64,000 nt of DNA from Lingula anatina (lineage: Eukaryota; Animalia; Brachiopoda): NCBI GenBank assembly GCA_051362555.1, contig CM120641.1, positions 31,626,401-31,690,400 on the forward strand, written 5' to 3'. This document shows positions 35,501 through 49,400 of the stretch, piece by piece; positions within the stretch are counted from its first letter, which is position 1, and every line of letters starts with the position of its first letter. Both the position numbers and the translations under genes were made by a program. The notes below the pieces were generated by a model. The model saw only the letters and a list, made by a program, of their open reading frames with translations, searched no databases and had not been told where the DNA came from.

Positions 35501-38500
35501 CTCTGACCTTGAAATTGACCTTTGCCCTACTTTCACAATGAACTAAACTTTGCAAATTTTCTATCCATTATATCTCCAAAACTGGCAAAGAAATGCCCAT
35601 AGTTACTATTGAACCTGAATAGGAAGTAATATGCTGGCAATCTAACCATGACCTTGAAATTGAACTTTGACATTCTTTTTATGATGAACTGAACTTTGCA
35701 AGTTTTCTATCTGTTATATCTCTAAAACTGACAGAAATACACCCATAGTTACTGTTGAACTTAAAAAGAAAGTCATATACTTGCAATCTAACTGTGACCT
35801 TAAAATTGGCCTTTGACCTACTTTTCACCATGAACTGAACTTTGCAAGTTTTCCAGCCCTTGTATCTCCAAAACTGGCATAGAAATTGCCCATAGTTACT
35901 ATTGAACTTGAATAGGAAGTAATATGCTGGCAATCTAACCATGACCTTGAAATTGACCTTTGACATTCTTTTTATGATGAACTGAACTTTGCAAGTTTTC
36001 TATCCGTTATATCTCTAAAACTGACAGAAATACACCCATAGTTACCATTGACCTAAAAAAAGAAAGTCAGATACCGGCAATCTAACTCTGACCTTAAAAT
36101 TGACCATTGACCTACTTTTCACCATGAATTGAACTTTGCAATATTTTAGTCATTTATATCTCCAAAACTGGCAGAGATAGGCCCATAGTTACTTATGTAC
36201 TTGAATAGGAAGATATATATTGGCAATCTAAATGTGCCCTTGAAATTGACCTTTGACCTTCTTTTCAGTATGAACTGAACTTTGCAAGGTTTCTCTCCCT
36301 TATATCTCCAAAACAGGCAGAGATTTGCCCATAGTTAATATCGAATTTGAATAGGAAGTCAATCTCTGACAATTTAAGTGTGACCTTAAAATTGACCTTT
36401 GACCTACTTTTCAGTATGAACTGAACTTTGCAACTTTTTTGTCCCTAACATCCCCAAAACTGACAGATATATGCCCAAAGTTAGTACTGAACTTCAATAG
36501 GAAGTCATGTACTTGCAATCTGTGACCTTCAAATTGACCTTTGACCTACTTTTCACCATAAACGGCACTTCACAAATTTGGATTTACACTTTTATTTTTC
36601 CCCATTATTCTGTTTTAAATGGTAATTTTCAACAAAAATATAGAGAGCTCTTGTTTACTACATTTCGTAGAGCTAGTCAAACACAACACTGGAGGAGGTT
36701 TCCCTTTTTTTTTTTTTTTTTTTCCATATGAGTGCTCATACTCCAGCTCCTGGTACAATACCTGGAGGCGGTATTGCCTCTCTGATCCTCTAGTTACTAT
36801 TGATTTTGGATGAGAAGTCTAATGTTCACAATATTACTGCAACCTTGGATTTGACTTTTTATTTTTCCTCACGAATTTGTTTAAAATAATAATTTTCTAG
36901 AAAAAATTAGAATTCTTGTTTGCATTTTGTATTGCATTTTTCCAAATTGACAAAAAACAGTTTTGTGCACTGATATCGCAAATGTTATGAAATGAAAACT
37001 GTGTTACTTATTATTTTGCAACATACAAGAATTTCTTAGGATTAAAATACAACTCAAATTGGAAAACCAGCTTGCTTGGATTATCATTTTTTTTTTTCGA
37101 ATTTATGCAATTTTTTATGAAATTTTCAAAGAGTGAACTTGAACTCTCATGGACCTGAAGCCTTATTCTAGTTTCACATTTTACTTACAACCATTTTACC
37201 TGTTGTGCATAATTAAATTTTGGTGTTTCCTTTTCTGTAAGCATAATGTATTATTGCATCAAAATTGACGGTAGCCCATTTTGTGCATTATTTTCTACTT
37301 TTTTGTCTGTACATTTGACAGCTTTGCTGCCTTGTATAAGTTCTTAGCTGCAAAGCATGGACAATGTGGAACTGTACATTAAAAACTGTCATTTGACATG
37401 TGCGTGTTATATACTTTTTGCATGCTTTGATATTTTATGACTAGCCAACAGAAGCACATTAGGAGTGAATGGACTGGTGTTCACAGAGTTATTACAAGTC
37501 ATTTGCAGGTATAATATGATACTATTTTATAGTCTACCTTGTCTAATTGAAAAGGAACGATTTGAATATTTATTATGTCTACACTATTAAGAAAACAAAA
37601 TTTCTCAATTTACAAAAAGAAATGCAATAGATATTATTCCTTACAACATGTTGGCTTATTTAATACTGGTTTAAACTAACTTGCAGGGAGCCATGTCCAA
37701 TAAGGTTGCATGTAAATGTGTTGCATAAACAAACACTGGGTAACAAATTTACCATTCAGTGAACTGTTAAGATCTTTTCTCCAAACTGCCTTTATTCATT
37801 TGCATGCAAAGCGAAACACTTCGTCACCATCGCTGACCCAAAAGCTGGATGGATGCAAAACTATTGAGCTCATTTTTTGATTCTGATGGAAGCCTCATTT
37901 TGACATCCAACCAATGTAAATTAATGTTATGGTATTGTGTCAAACAGTTCAAACATAATTTACAAATTCATTTGTAAGAAATATTGCGTTTTAGGTACAG
38001 ACACAGATGTACAAATGCTAGTCACAATTGCTAAATATCCATGTTACCTGTAGTGTATAATTAAAGATTGGTTGTGGTTATGCAGTTATTATGTAATGCT
38101 GCATCAAAGTTAAAAAAAAACTGTTTTCGGCACTCCACCATTGTGACCATTAAAGAAAAAACACGTTACTTATGAATTTCAAACTTTCTGAAATTATTCA
38201 TAGGTCTGAAATGCTGCTTGAGATAGAAAACCAGTCTGATTGCATTATCTTTTAGAAGCAATACAGTTCTTTATGACATGATCATTTTTCACTTATTGAC
38301 ATTTTCAATGTGGGTCTTAGAACTTCCACAGGCATGAAACCAAACGGTATTCAAATTTTCTAAATGTTGGTTTAAACACAAACACACAACGCGGGCTTAG
38401 AAAAGTTGGTGTTTGCACTGAATGTGAGCGCCCTCCATTTAGCGACCTCCTGGTCTAATTGCTGTAACTCAGCGGGTTTCTGGCGATAACCTGCGAATAC

Positions 38501-41500
38501 AAAAAGCGAAAGGCTGTGAAAGACATGTGGCTAGGCCAGTCCACGTTACTGTTGTACAAGTTTAACACAGAGAACAGTTTATCTAGCATGTAAGGTTCGT
38601 GGATTCTAGATATCGTGTCCGCTACAATGTTTTGCTCGCCGGGTACGTGGACAGCAGAGATGACGAAGTCGTACTTTGTGGCGAGGTGCGCCAGTTCTTT
38701 TAGTAAACATAAGGATGCCTTGTTGGTTGCTGTGCCGTTGTTCAGGTTAGCTACAGTAACAGTATTGTCCGTGTGAACTATTACATTGCGACCTGACCAG
38801 ACGTTGCGCCACCTTCTAGCTGCCACAATGACAGCGGCCAGCTCTTTTACGTTTATGTGATGGTGTAACATATCCGGTACGTCTGAATCCCAGTGAGTGT
38901 ATGTCCAGTCTCCCAGGCAGAAAGCTCCACCTGCGCGCAAGCTAGCGTCTGTGTGAACTATAACATCACTCGAGGGGGCCAGATTCTCTTTGTGTTTGAT
39001 CCTTCTCTCAGCCAGAAGTCCCACCAACGCAGGTCTGGTTTAATTGATTGCAGACGAGTCTTGCTTTGTGGAGAGCTCAGAGAAGACAAAAAGGTTGAAA
39101 ATTGACCTATTGTGCGCTCTTCCCCATGGGGTTACTTGTGCAGCCCAAGATAACTTCCCGGCAAGAGACTCCAGCTGGCGTTTAGAGGCTCTAGTCTTTG
39201 TTAGGAAAGACTTAACTGCTTCCTGTAATGATGTAATCTTGTCTTCCGGTATTAGTGTTAATAACAATGCTGAGAAAACATATACTTTGGGACGGGTCCG
39301 CGACCTTTTTCCAATTAATGCTATATCCTAGCTTCCGCAGGAGCCCGATAAGGGTGTTGTATGCTCTAAGACAGTCTTGGAAAGTATGCCTGGTCACGAA
39401 AAAATCATCCAGATACGCTACAGTTCCAGAGAATCCTTTTTTAATCATCATCCGCTGAACCGCCTGTGTAATTCTGTTGAAGATAAAAGGCGATTTTCTG
39501 CTCCCAAAAGGTAGACGTGTGTCGGATAGGTAAATGGGGTGCGTGTCCCCTACAAACTGCCATATAAGTCCTGTCAGAGATCTCTGCTCTCGCTTGATGT
39601 GGACCGATCTGTAGGCACTCTTGAGGTCAACTTTTGCCATAAACGAGCCAGGCCGTATACGGGACAAAGCGTCTTGGATGGATTGGTACTTCATAGCCTC
39701 CTTTGAAGCATGAGAGTTTACTCCACTATTCTCAGGCCGACTAAGATCGTGAATTACACGAATTTCACCATCAGGCTTTGGCACGCATGTAATAGCACTA
39801 GTAATTAGGGGTTTCTCTGAGGAAGTTATGTAATGTCCTTCTTTAAGTCCGTCCAATAATTGCTTTTCTACATGGGGAAGGATATCGGGCCTATTCACTC
39901 TATTGCTATTATCTACTTCTACTGGTGCAATGTCAGTAACTTTAATATCATTATCAATTAGAGAGAATCCGTTCACTATGCCGTTTAAGATGAAGTCTCT
40001 GTCTTCGTCTCCGACAAGCTCAGTGCGCCATATGTCTAAGCTGTTTAAGAGTGGGGGGAGTTGGCGCGTGGTTCCGACACTCTTGTTTAATCGTTTTTTG
40101 AATCCAGGGTAGGTTGGCCCGTTTTGTGGTTGAATTCGCCGTGGTTGCGGGCGTAGCACGTTTTGCATACCTGCGAATATTTGCAGTGACGAAGGGAACA
40201 CCCGTTTTTACCGTTAAAACGATCACAGACAATGCGACCTGATGAAGGGTCGAACTTATTGCGCGCTCCTCCCTCCTGTGGTCTGGGCTGTGCGAATCTG
40301 ATCGACGTGCTGTCCTCTCGCATTATCAGCTCCCCATTGAAAGTCGGCAGCTGCTTTGGCTTTACGGTACTCTTGGTCGTACTTTAGGACAGATTTCCAT
40401 TGAAAACGTTGGCCCATATGCGCTATCTTTATGAGGTAGCTGGTGTAGTCCATAATTTGTTGCTGCGTATATCCTTCGTCGGTCACTAGTTCTCTCATGA
40501 TCTTAAGACTTGCCTCCATATACTGCAGGGGCGTTACAGCTTCTAGTTTTGGTTTGGTCTCGGGAAGAGAGAGTTCAAAGTCGCCTAATTTCACCGCTGA
40601 CTTAGTTTGTTGAAACTGGGTGATACATTTTGTATAGTCACGAATGTCTCCACACTTACTGTTGTTGCTTGCGGCTATGTCAAAAGGGTCGAAAACGTAT
40701 GAAGACTTACCCTCTTGTTCTGGCTTAGGAGTATTTTTTGGCTAAAATGGAGAGCAGATTTGTGACATCCAGAGGCTGTTGTGAAGCTTGTTGATCCTGC
40801 GTTCCCGATGATATGGACTGGGGTTGGGTCTGTGCAGGCTCTTTGACTGGAGATGGCTCCGCTGACTCTTTCAATTCATCAATGGCTCCCTGTAGCAGTA
40901 GCAGCTGCCCGAGGGAGAGGGATTTTCCAAAGAATTTGCTGGTATTGGCACTGTTGAGCATTTTAATGGCTTTCATGCTTTCGAAACCATTCTCTCGCAG
41001 GAGAGTAAGTGTCTCATCATTCAGCTCGGCCTTCTTGGCCCACTCCTCTAATTCTGTACAGCTATCCATAACTAAAAACTAGTATAAGCCAGAAGCAAAA
41101 ATTAAAAAGCCATAAGCGGAAAGCGTGCAGCGCTGCACTGTTCAAGATGCCGAAATTGAATCTGACGGTCTAACATGCGCGCGCAGCTGAATGCAGGGGG
41201 TGCTGCCGCAGGTGGCGCTGCCGGGTCTCACGTGACTTACTAGGCAGCTGGCGTTGAGTGATGCGTTTAAATCAGATTAACAAATGTTAATCTCCACGTA
41301 ATGTTTAGTAGGTAAAAAATTGGTGATGATCATGCTGTTGATCGTTATGTAACATTGCGTCAAAATTGCACAAAAAAAAACTTATGAAAAGAAAACTGTG
41401 CTACTTATTATTTCGTAACATACAAGAATGATTCTTAGGATTGAAATACAATTCAAATTGAACCAGCTTGCTTGGATTATCATTTTTTCTTGAATTTATG

Positions 41501-43181
41501 CAATTTTTTTGTGAAATTTTCCTTTTTCTCATTCTGGAAATTTCATAGTGTGAACTTGAACTCTCAAGGGCCTGGAACCTTATGCTAGTGATAGATTTTA
41601 CTTACTATATTTAACTATTACCTGATGTTCATAATTAAAACTTGGTGGTGACTTTACCTAAGTCATATTTTGGCAGTTTTACTGTGACCTTGAATTTTAC
41701 CTTAACCTTATTTTTTTCTCCATGAACCACACTTTGCAAATTTTCAAACTGTTTTGAACTTGAAAAGGAAGGTCTTATATTCACAATCTTACTGTAACCT
41801 TTGATTTCACCTTTTACTTTTCCATACAATTTTGTTATAAAGAATAATTTTCTATGAAAAATGAGCCTTTGTTTATTGCATTTTGTAGAACTTGTCAATC
41901 ACAACACTGGAGGTGGTGTCCCTTTTTATTTTCTATACGAATGCACTAACTCCAGCTGATGATACCTAGAGGCGTAGCTGTCTCTCTGATCTCCTTGTTA
42001 CATTTGTGCCAAATTTCATGCTTGTTGGCAAAAATACACAATTCACCCTTTTTTCCTTACCATATTGCTGGACTATCAATTTGAAAAGCGGCTTTTCAAA
42101 ATCTGATATTTTCCATACCTGACAAACCTTTTTTTTCTTACTATTTTACTGTATTTTTTTCTGTCTTTCCTTGTTCAGGGACTTTCCTGAAGCAGTGAAA
42201 GAAAAGGTAATGAAGAAATTAGCATGCAGGGACTGGGAGGTGGTTACACATGATGTCTTCAGGTCTGCAATCTTCACATGTTTTGTATTAAAAGGTGAGT
42301 ACATTTAACACAACATGTGTGACCTTATGTTGCACCAAACACAATGTACATTTTAGATAAGTAGTAAGATTGATATAAAAATGCATGTGTTCATAATTTG
42401 ACATTTAAATTAAATTATAAAGAATATGTACTTAATTGCAAAATTAGAGGTCCATCTATAACAGAGATGATTTTACATTTTACAAACCTCAATAGTTTTT
42501 GAAAGAAGAAATTAAATATTCGTATTTAGATAAGTAAAATTGCATGGCTGCAGAAGAATTTTGTTAGCTTGGGACAATTAACTGATCCCGTCTGAAGATT
42601 ATGACAATGAAGGCAGGATGCTGAACGTTTCAATATTTCAAATTGTAATCTTTTAATTCTAATCATGCATATTAGATATTGTTATACTTCGAATAATTAA
42701 GTTATCCCGTCTGTAGATAAAATGTTCAAATAGAAGCATAAAATTATACTGAATTGACCAATGAGAGTGAGGGGGACCACCCCTCACCTCAGAAGTGGCA
42801 CTGGAGTTCAGTTGAGCTCCAGCCACGATTCTGTAGACACCATGTATTTGCTCAGCTTATATTAATAAAGGTCCATAACCACACGAATTTAGTTGGTTAT
42901 ACATCTGCTAAATTCAAGTTCATAAACAGCAGGTGAAAGACCAGAGTGTGCAAAACACCCCATGCTCAGAACACTTTGAAAAATGTGGGCGTGGAAAATT
43001 TAGGGTCTTCACATTCTTTAAAGTAAATTGGAATGATGAAATTGAACGCAGGGCAAGGGAAAGGTATTTTAAAGATATATTTAAGCCCAAGTTAAATGAA
43101 AAATAATCATGACAATTTAACTTAATGAAATTAATGAACAGCAATTGAAAATCAATTATTGGAATGTCTATCATTGTTTAT

Positions 43182-43219
<38 letters not shown>

Positions 43220-43413
43220 TCACTGTCTCTAAGATAAGACAATAGACTATACAGTTGCCTAGTAACAATAAATAAACAATCATTTTATTATCTGTAGAGC
43301 CTGAAAGAGGCAAAAATGTTTACCATGAATAATTAACCATTTCAACTATATTATATGACTTGTTTTGACTTTTAAAATATATTTTCTGTACCGAAATAAC
43401 TGACTCACTTTTG

Positions 43414-43451
<38 letters not shown>

Positions 43452-46400
43452 TACTCAAATGTTGAGAATATTACTAAAATTTTAGACTGGGTTCCCACAG
43501 ATTTAGATTGACCCATCTTGATCGACCTAACTCCCTGGGGGTTCACGCTAAATTGTTGTCAGTCGAGCGCGCACGAAAGTTAATTACCCCCTTACAGCTT
43601 TTAGTAGGCAGGACAGACATTTAAGCCGGCTAAATTGACAGCAATCTAGTGAGACTCCCCACGGGGATAGATCGATCAAAAATCTGTGGGAATGCAGTCT
43701 TAGCTATTCAAGATCATATTCTAATAACATGGATCAATAACGGCTATACCTGAATTATAGTAACTCTTTTTGTGACATTTTAATTGGCCTTGTGATCCAA
43801 GCATGCATTGAATCCTGGGCACAATGTCTCACAAAAAAGAACACAAGCGATCTTCAACCAAGGGAGAAACTGTAATTGTTTGTATTTCAGACTTCCTTCA
43901 GGAGGCAGAATCCCTGTACTGGTCCATAGATCTGAAGCACAATGGAGAAGCTGACAAAGTGCTCTGTGATGCTGTACTACACCAGATTCTTATAGCTGTG
44001 TCCAGCTCAGAGAGTGACCCAAAGTGGTAAGATCTTGCTTTGTTCCAGTGACTGTCTTCATTAAAAATTAATGAAATTCAAGATGGTACCGTAACAAAGC
44101 TATGCAATGTTTTATGATAGAAATACAAATGCTAAAATTTCAGTGTTATTTTTATTAACTCAAATTTTGTCATCTTTTACTTGATAGATTTGAGTAAGTT
44201 GAAATCTTAATTTTGAATGAGTACACTCGCTCATTTTATTGCCATTTTATTTACTTATGTATTTGTTAGTGTGATGGATGCTGGCTACTCATTGGCACCT
44301 GACCGTCTGTACATGGCACTGAATAAGGTAATACCATCTTACCACAAATATTTAACTTTTGAGTTTTTCTCCTTGTGTTTAAATCCTTCTCTTGGGAGAA
44401 TAGTTGAATTAATGTAGGAATGCCAGTGTTAAGTCAGTTTGTTAGTACCTCTGACAAGCTCCCAGTTCATTGAGTGATGTAAAATTGGGATTTTTGGAGC
44501 AAAAACATCATTTTCAGTTTCCTGATTTTCTCTGGCACTTGGACAGCTATAAAAATGCTTTTAATGGTATTATAACACTTGAACAAAGTACCAAAAAAGG
44601 GGTTCGAGGGTTTTTCTTTAAGACATATTGTTGATTTTATTTATAAAAATGTGATTTTTTGCCCTATTTGAGTACAGTCCCACCTTAAAAAGGTAATGAG
44701 ATGAATTGGCTAAGATTGTGGTGGAATTTGTGATGTTGTATGGTGTAGGATGTCTGGTCGAATGGAGCTGAGATTTAATTACTGTGTCCCTGCAAGTACC
44801 ATGTGTGGGAAGGCTTGTGAGAGGGGAAGGGACCATTTCAGGATTAAACAGTCTTCCTTTCATGTAGGGTTTGCCATATTTGATCCTTGGACCAGTTGAT
44901 ACTTGGATCTTCTATTCTGAATGGCCCCTTAGTCAAAGCACTATTCAGCAAAATGTTTCAATGGCAATAAGATTAGACTGGATTTTGGCAATGGTAGGTA
45001 GTTGTCAGTCATATTCGAGTTCTTCAAGAATTATTTATGCTCATTTCTTATCATTTTATGGTGTTATATTACATTCTTAATGACATATCTACACCATCGA
45101 AGAGCAAGCCCTATATCTCTTTTATTATTGTTACTGTACTATCATGTAAAACTGCTTGCACCTGTTAATACTTTGAAGGTTTTGAAATGTGGTCTAATTC
45201 ACCAGCCAAATCCTCTTTGATTTTTCTCAACAGTTTTTATTATTCCAACCAATTTAAATTTACAAAGTGGTCTGTGTGGACTCCAGGAGATAAAGCTTCT
45301 AGTGCCTCACACCAGAGTTACACACAGGCTTGCATTGACTTTCATCACATAAATATTCACTACTGATTAAAATCATGCAGCCACCGGTCAGACTGGTTTT
45401 GTCCTGATTATGCTATGTAACACTAAGGCCAGGATATTAAACAAAGATCAGGATAATCTTATCTACTATTCTTATCTTACAAATTTTAATTTTATCTAAG
45501 CGTGTGTACAAAAGATGACAGAAACAGACACCAGGGTATTCTTATCTTTTTAATCATACCAAGATGACTTCTAATTGAATTATATTCTATAATAAATATT
45601 ATATTCTAGGAGGTCTAAACAGAAAATTTATAATATGATTAAAATAATTCAGTAATAATAAATTTCAAAGAGTTAACAATAAATAATTTTCAACCATAAA
45701 AATAAATAATGCTACGTAACTGCTATACATCTTCTATCAACTGTGAAGTCTTTCAAAAATGTCAAAGTAGGATTCATGAGAAAGATGCCTTGTTGTATTT
45801 TGACATCACTAAGTCTGTTCAGTTCTTTCGACAGGCAGTTCAGTGCACAATAATTCTTTTCGAATTGTTTCTCCAAAATGTTGATCTTTGTTTTTCTTTT
45901 TATGTACAGACACAGATGTGTCTGTACATATTGCCATCACCTGCGTCTGTCGTCGCCGTCGTCGCCGATGGCGATGCCGATGCTGATGCTGATGCCGATG
46001 CCGTGCGCTTTCCTTGTAAACACGATAAGTGGAACACAGTTTTATTTTTTGCTTTTATATTTACAGAGCTGATGAATATTCATAAAACGCAGGTCAAGTT
46101 CGAAAATCAGCATGATCGGGCCATTATAGTAGAAGTTATGCTGTTTTTTCACTTTTCAGCATATATACAACCCTGTAAACACATTTAAAGGAAAACCGTT
46201 AAGCCTGTTGTCATGAAACTCACAGGAGTAATCAATCTTACTAAAACGCAGGACAAGTTCGAAAATCGGCATGAGCGGGCCACTATTTTAGTAGTTATGC
46301 TGATTTTTTCCTTTTTCAGCATATATGCAACACTGTAAACACAATATAGGAAAAACAGATAGGCCAATTGTCATTAAACTCACAGGAGTGGTCAATCTTA

Positions 46401-49400
46401 CTAAAACGCAGGTTGAGTTCGAAAATCAGCATTATCGGGCCATTATTTTAGAAGTTATGCTGTTTTTTCACATTTCCTGAGATTCAATTCTTAGGCATGT
46501 TAACAGTCTCATTATTGAACTAATAAGATACGTAAAAGTGTTTGTTTGACATTTCCTGCATCTTTACAATATTGTTAGTTGATTATGTAAAAATTATGGT
46601 AAACTTGTTATCGTGTCTTGTGTAATAAAGTGTCAAAAATGGAAATAAACTCATATCATTGCAGTTTGTCAGATTCAATCATTCACTATGTTCAGAATCT
46701 CAGAATGGAAGAAATTGGACATTTAACACTGCTCTATTGACATTATTCCCATCTCATCAATTTTCTTAGTTGATCATATAAAAATGGCAGTAAACTGTTA
46801 ATTTTGTTTTATGTTAAAAATTGTTAAAAATGGGGAAAAAACATTTCAGAACAGTGCTGTCTTGTTTACATTTTGGCATTTTCAAGTTTTGACTTTGAAG
46901 TTCCATGGGCCTGAAGACCTTTGCTAATCACATTATCTGAATATCCATAATACTAATATTTTATTAATAAAAGTTGATGGTCATTATGCTGTTAAACATT
47001 ATGTAATATTGCATCAAAATTTGAAAAAAACATATTTTGGGCACTGCTCCCATGATGACCATTTCAGAAAAACCATGTCACTTACTGTTCTCAAACTTAC
47101 AGGAAAGAAACCTGGGACTAAAATACAGCTTCAGTAGGCAATGCAATCTGTTTGGTAATTCTTACTGCCAGTTAAACAGTTTTTTTGTGAAACTTTAATT
47201 TTTCACATATTGGCATTTTCAAGGTGTAACTTTGAAGTTCCACAGGCTTGAATACCCATGCTAGTCACATTTTCTGAAAATACATGATACGTATATTTTA
47301 TTATTAAAAATTGACGGTCATTATGCTGTTAACCATTATGTAATATTGCATCAGAATAGAAGAAAACACAATTTTGGGTGCTGCTGCCATGATGACCATT
47401 ATGGGAAAACCATGTTACTTATGATTGCCAAACTTTCAAAAAAAGAAATACAGGACTAAAAATGCAGCCTGAGTTGAAAAAACAGTCTAATTGGCTTCTT
47501 TTTCTGGAAGTTATACATTTTCAAAGTGCGAACTTGAACTCCCATGGGCCTGAAGCCTTATGCTTGTTACACATTTTACTTACATTGGTATTACCTATTG
47601 AGCATAATTAAAATTTGATGTTGAATTTGTAGTTTAACATAATGTACTTTTGCATCAGAATTGACAGTAGCCTATTTTGTGCATAGTTATTTCCTGCTTT
47701 TTGTCTGTACATTTGACAGCTTTGCTGCCTTGTTTAAATAATGTTTTCCAAACTTAATATTGTCTACAGGTTCTGGTCCAATTGTAAGTCCTCCTTTTTT
47801 ATTTCTTTAGTAAATTCATGACACTGCTTGTAATATTTGCAGTTCTACTGTGGAAGTAAACAGAAAACATCAGCCAAATTTTCACAGTCTTGGAATGATA
47901 AATCAGTCTGGAAATTACTTTTTCAAGAACTGTTTTACATTGATGCAGGTGACCTACTTGCACAAAGGAACAGCCCAGTTCCCCTCTTTTTTAGCTATTT
48001 TTGATTTCTCTTTTTTCTCAATCTCTGTATTCTGTATGGTGTACTTTTCTTTGTTATTTTCATTGCTGATCGAGTGTTGACCTCTGCTCATCATTTTTGG
48101 TGTCCTTGGATCAGTTTTCCACTTCAGAGTAGTAGACAGAAATTCTTATCCATTATTTCTTAAATTCATATCCATAATTTAAGGTAGTCCAACTTCTTTT
48201 CAAAAAGTGCTGTGAGCAGGGGATGGGGTAAAAAGAATAAAAATATAAAAAATAGAATAAAGAATAATTTTCAGTTGCTGACTTACATGTTTCTTGTGTA
48301 GTTTTTATTTTGGTAGCAGTCTGTACTGCTAGAGCATGTAGAGTTTTATGTCAAATTATTATTCAGTAGTTGGGTGTTTCTGTCTCAGCCTGTAATCTAC
48401 TAAATAAATGCTGCTCTTGAAGAGACTTGTGCTGTTTGAAAGTCTGGAAGGTATCTTAACATCTTTTGCCTTGTTCTCTTTAGGATGAAAAAAATAATCT
48501 CTGAAGACTATATAATACATAACACATCCAGATAAACTTATTTTCTAATTTTATTGTGTTGTATAAGCTTTAGGTTGTGCTACAATGTGGTGTTCTTCGA
48601 CTGGGTATATCAAATTACTTTCTGCTAATTTGCTAAGCCACCAAGGCTGTCCCGACAAACAAAACCATCATTTTCCAAAAAATTGTAAGCGTTATGACTG
48701 TCTTTGGAAATATAGGCTGTCATCTCAGTTCACAACCCATCAAAATGATGGGTGGATGGTTGGTTAGGGAAAGCCTTTCATGCTGCTGGAAAATCCACTT
48801 CTACTTCACACCTGAGTCTCAGCTCCTGTGTACCTACAGCTAAAAATGGCCAGCCAGCTTTACTTCCTACACAACCCGATGTTGCAACCTCCAGCACAAT
48901 CTAACCCAGTCCGTCTTATCCATAGTCCTTTGTAGTTTCCTAATGTACAGACACAGATGTGTCTGTGCATATATCCCTCGCCTGTGTCTGTCGTTGTCGT
49001 TTACTGTTGTCGCCATGCACATTCAGCGTTATTCTAATAAAATGAAAATGTTTTTACCTTTTGTCTTCAATCTTTCAGAACTGATAAGTACTCATTAACT
49101 AAAGACCAAGTTCAAATATCAGCCTGATGGGACTATTTTTCCAAAAGCTGTTTTTTTTTTTTTTTTCCTAACTTTATACAAATAAAACAAAAACCATGTC
49201 ATATTTTGCTTTTAAACTTGCAGGACTGATTGAATTCAAAGGTCTGATATATATAGATCATGTTTGAAAATTAGCTTGATTAGTTAATTTTTGTTTAGGT
49301 TAAGCTGTTTTTGTATATAAATAGGTTTTCCTCAATTCTTAGGCATGTTAGCAGTCTCAGTATTGAACTTTTTATATTTGTAAAAGTTCTTTATATTCAC

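Larger units (their letters stand above)
38368..41297 (-). mobile_element. DIRS/Ngaro-type tyrosine-recombinase retrotransposon, recombinase gene mostly deleted
   Basis: Overlapping gag-like, RT and RNase H frames. Inserted into a HINE-A copy (about 37995-41640) without a TSD. Confidence 0.85.

Noticed and set aside
45709-46188. 159-aa ORF with an ADADADA tract
   Set aside because: The frame runs through the HINE 5' palindrome, microsatellite and satellite unit, and is not preserved in other copies.
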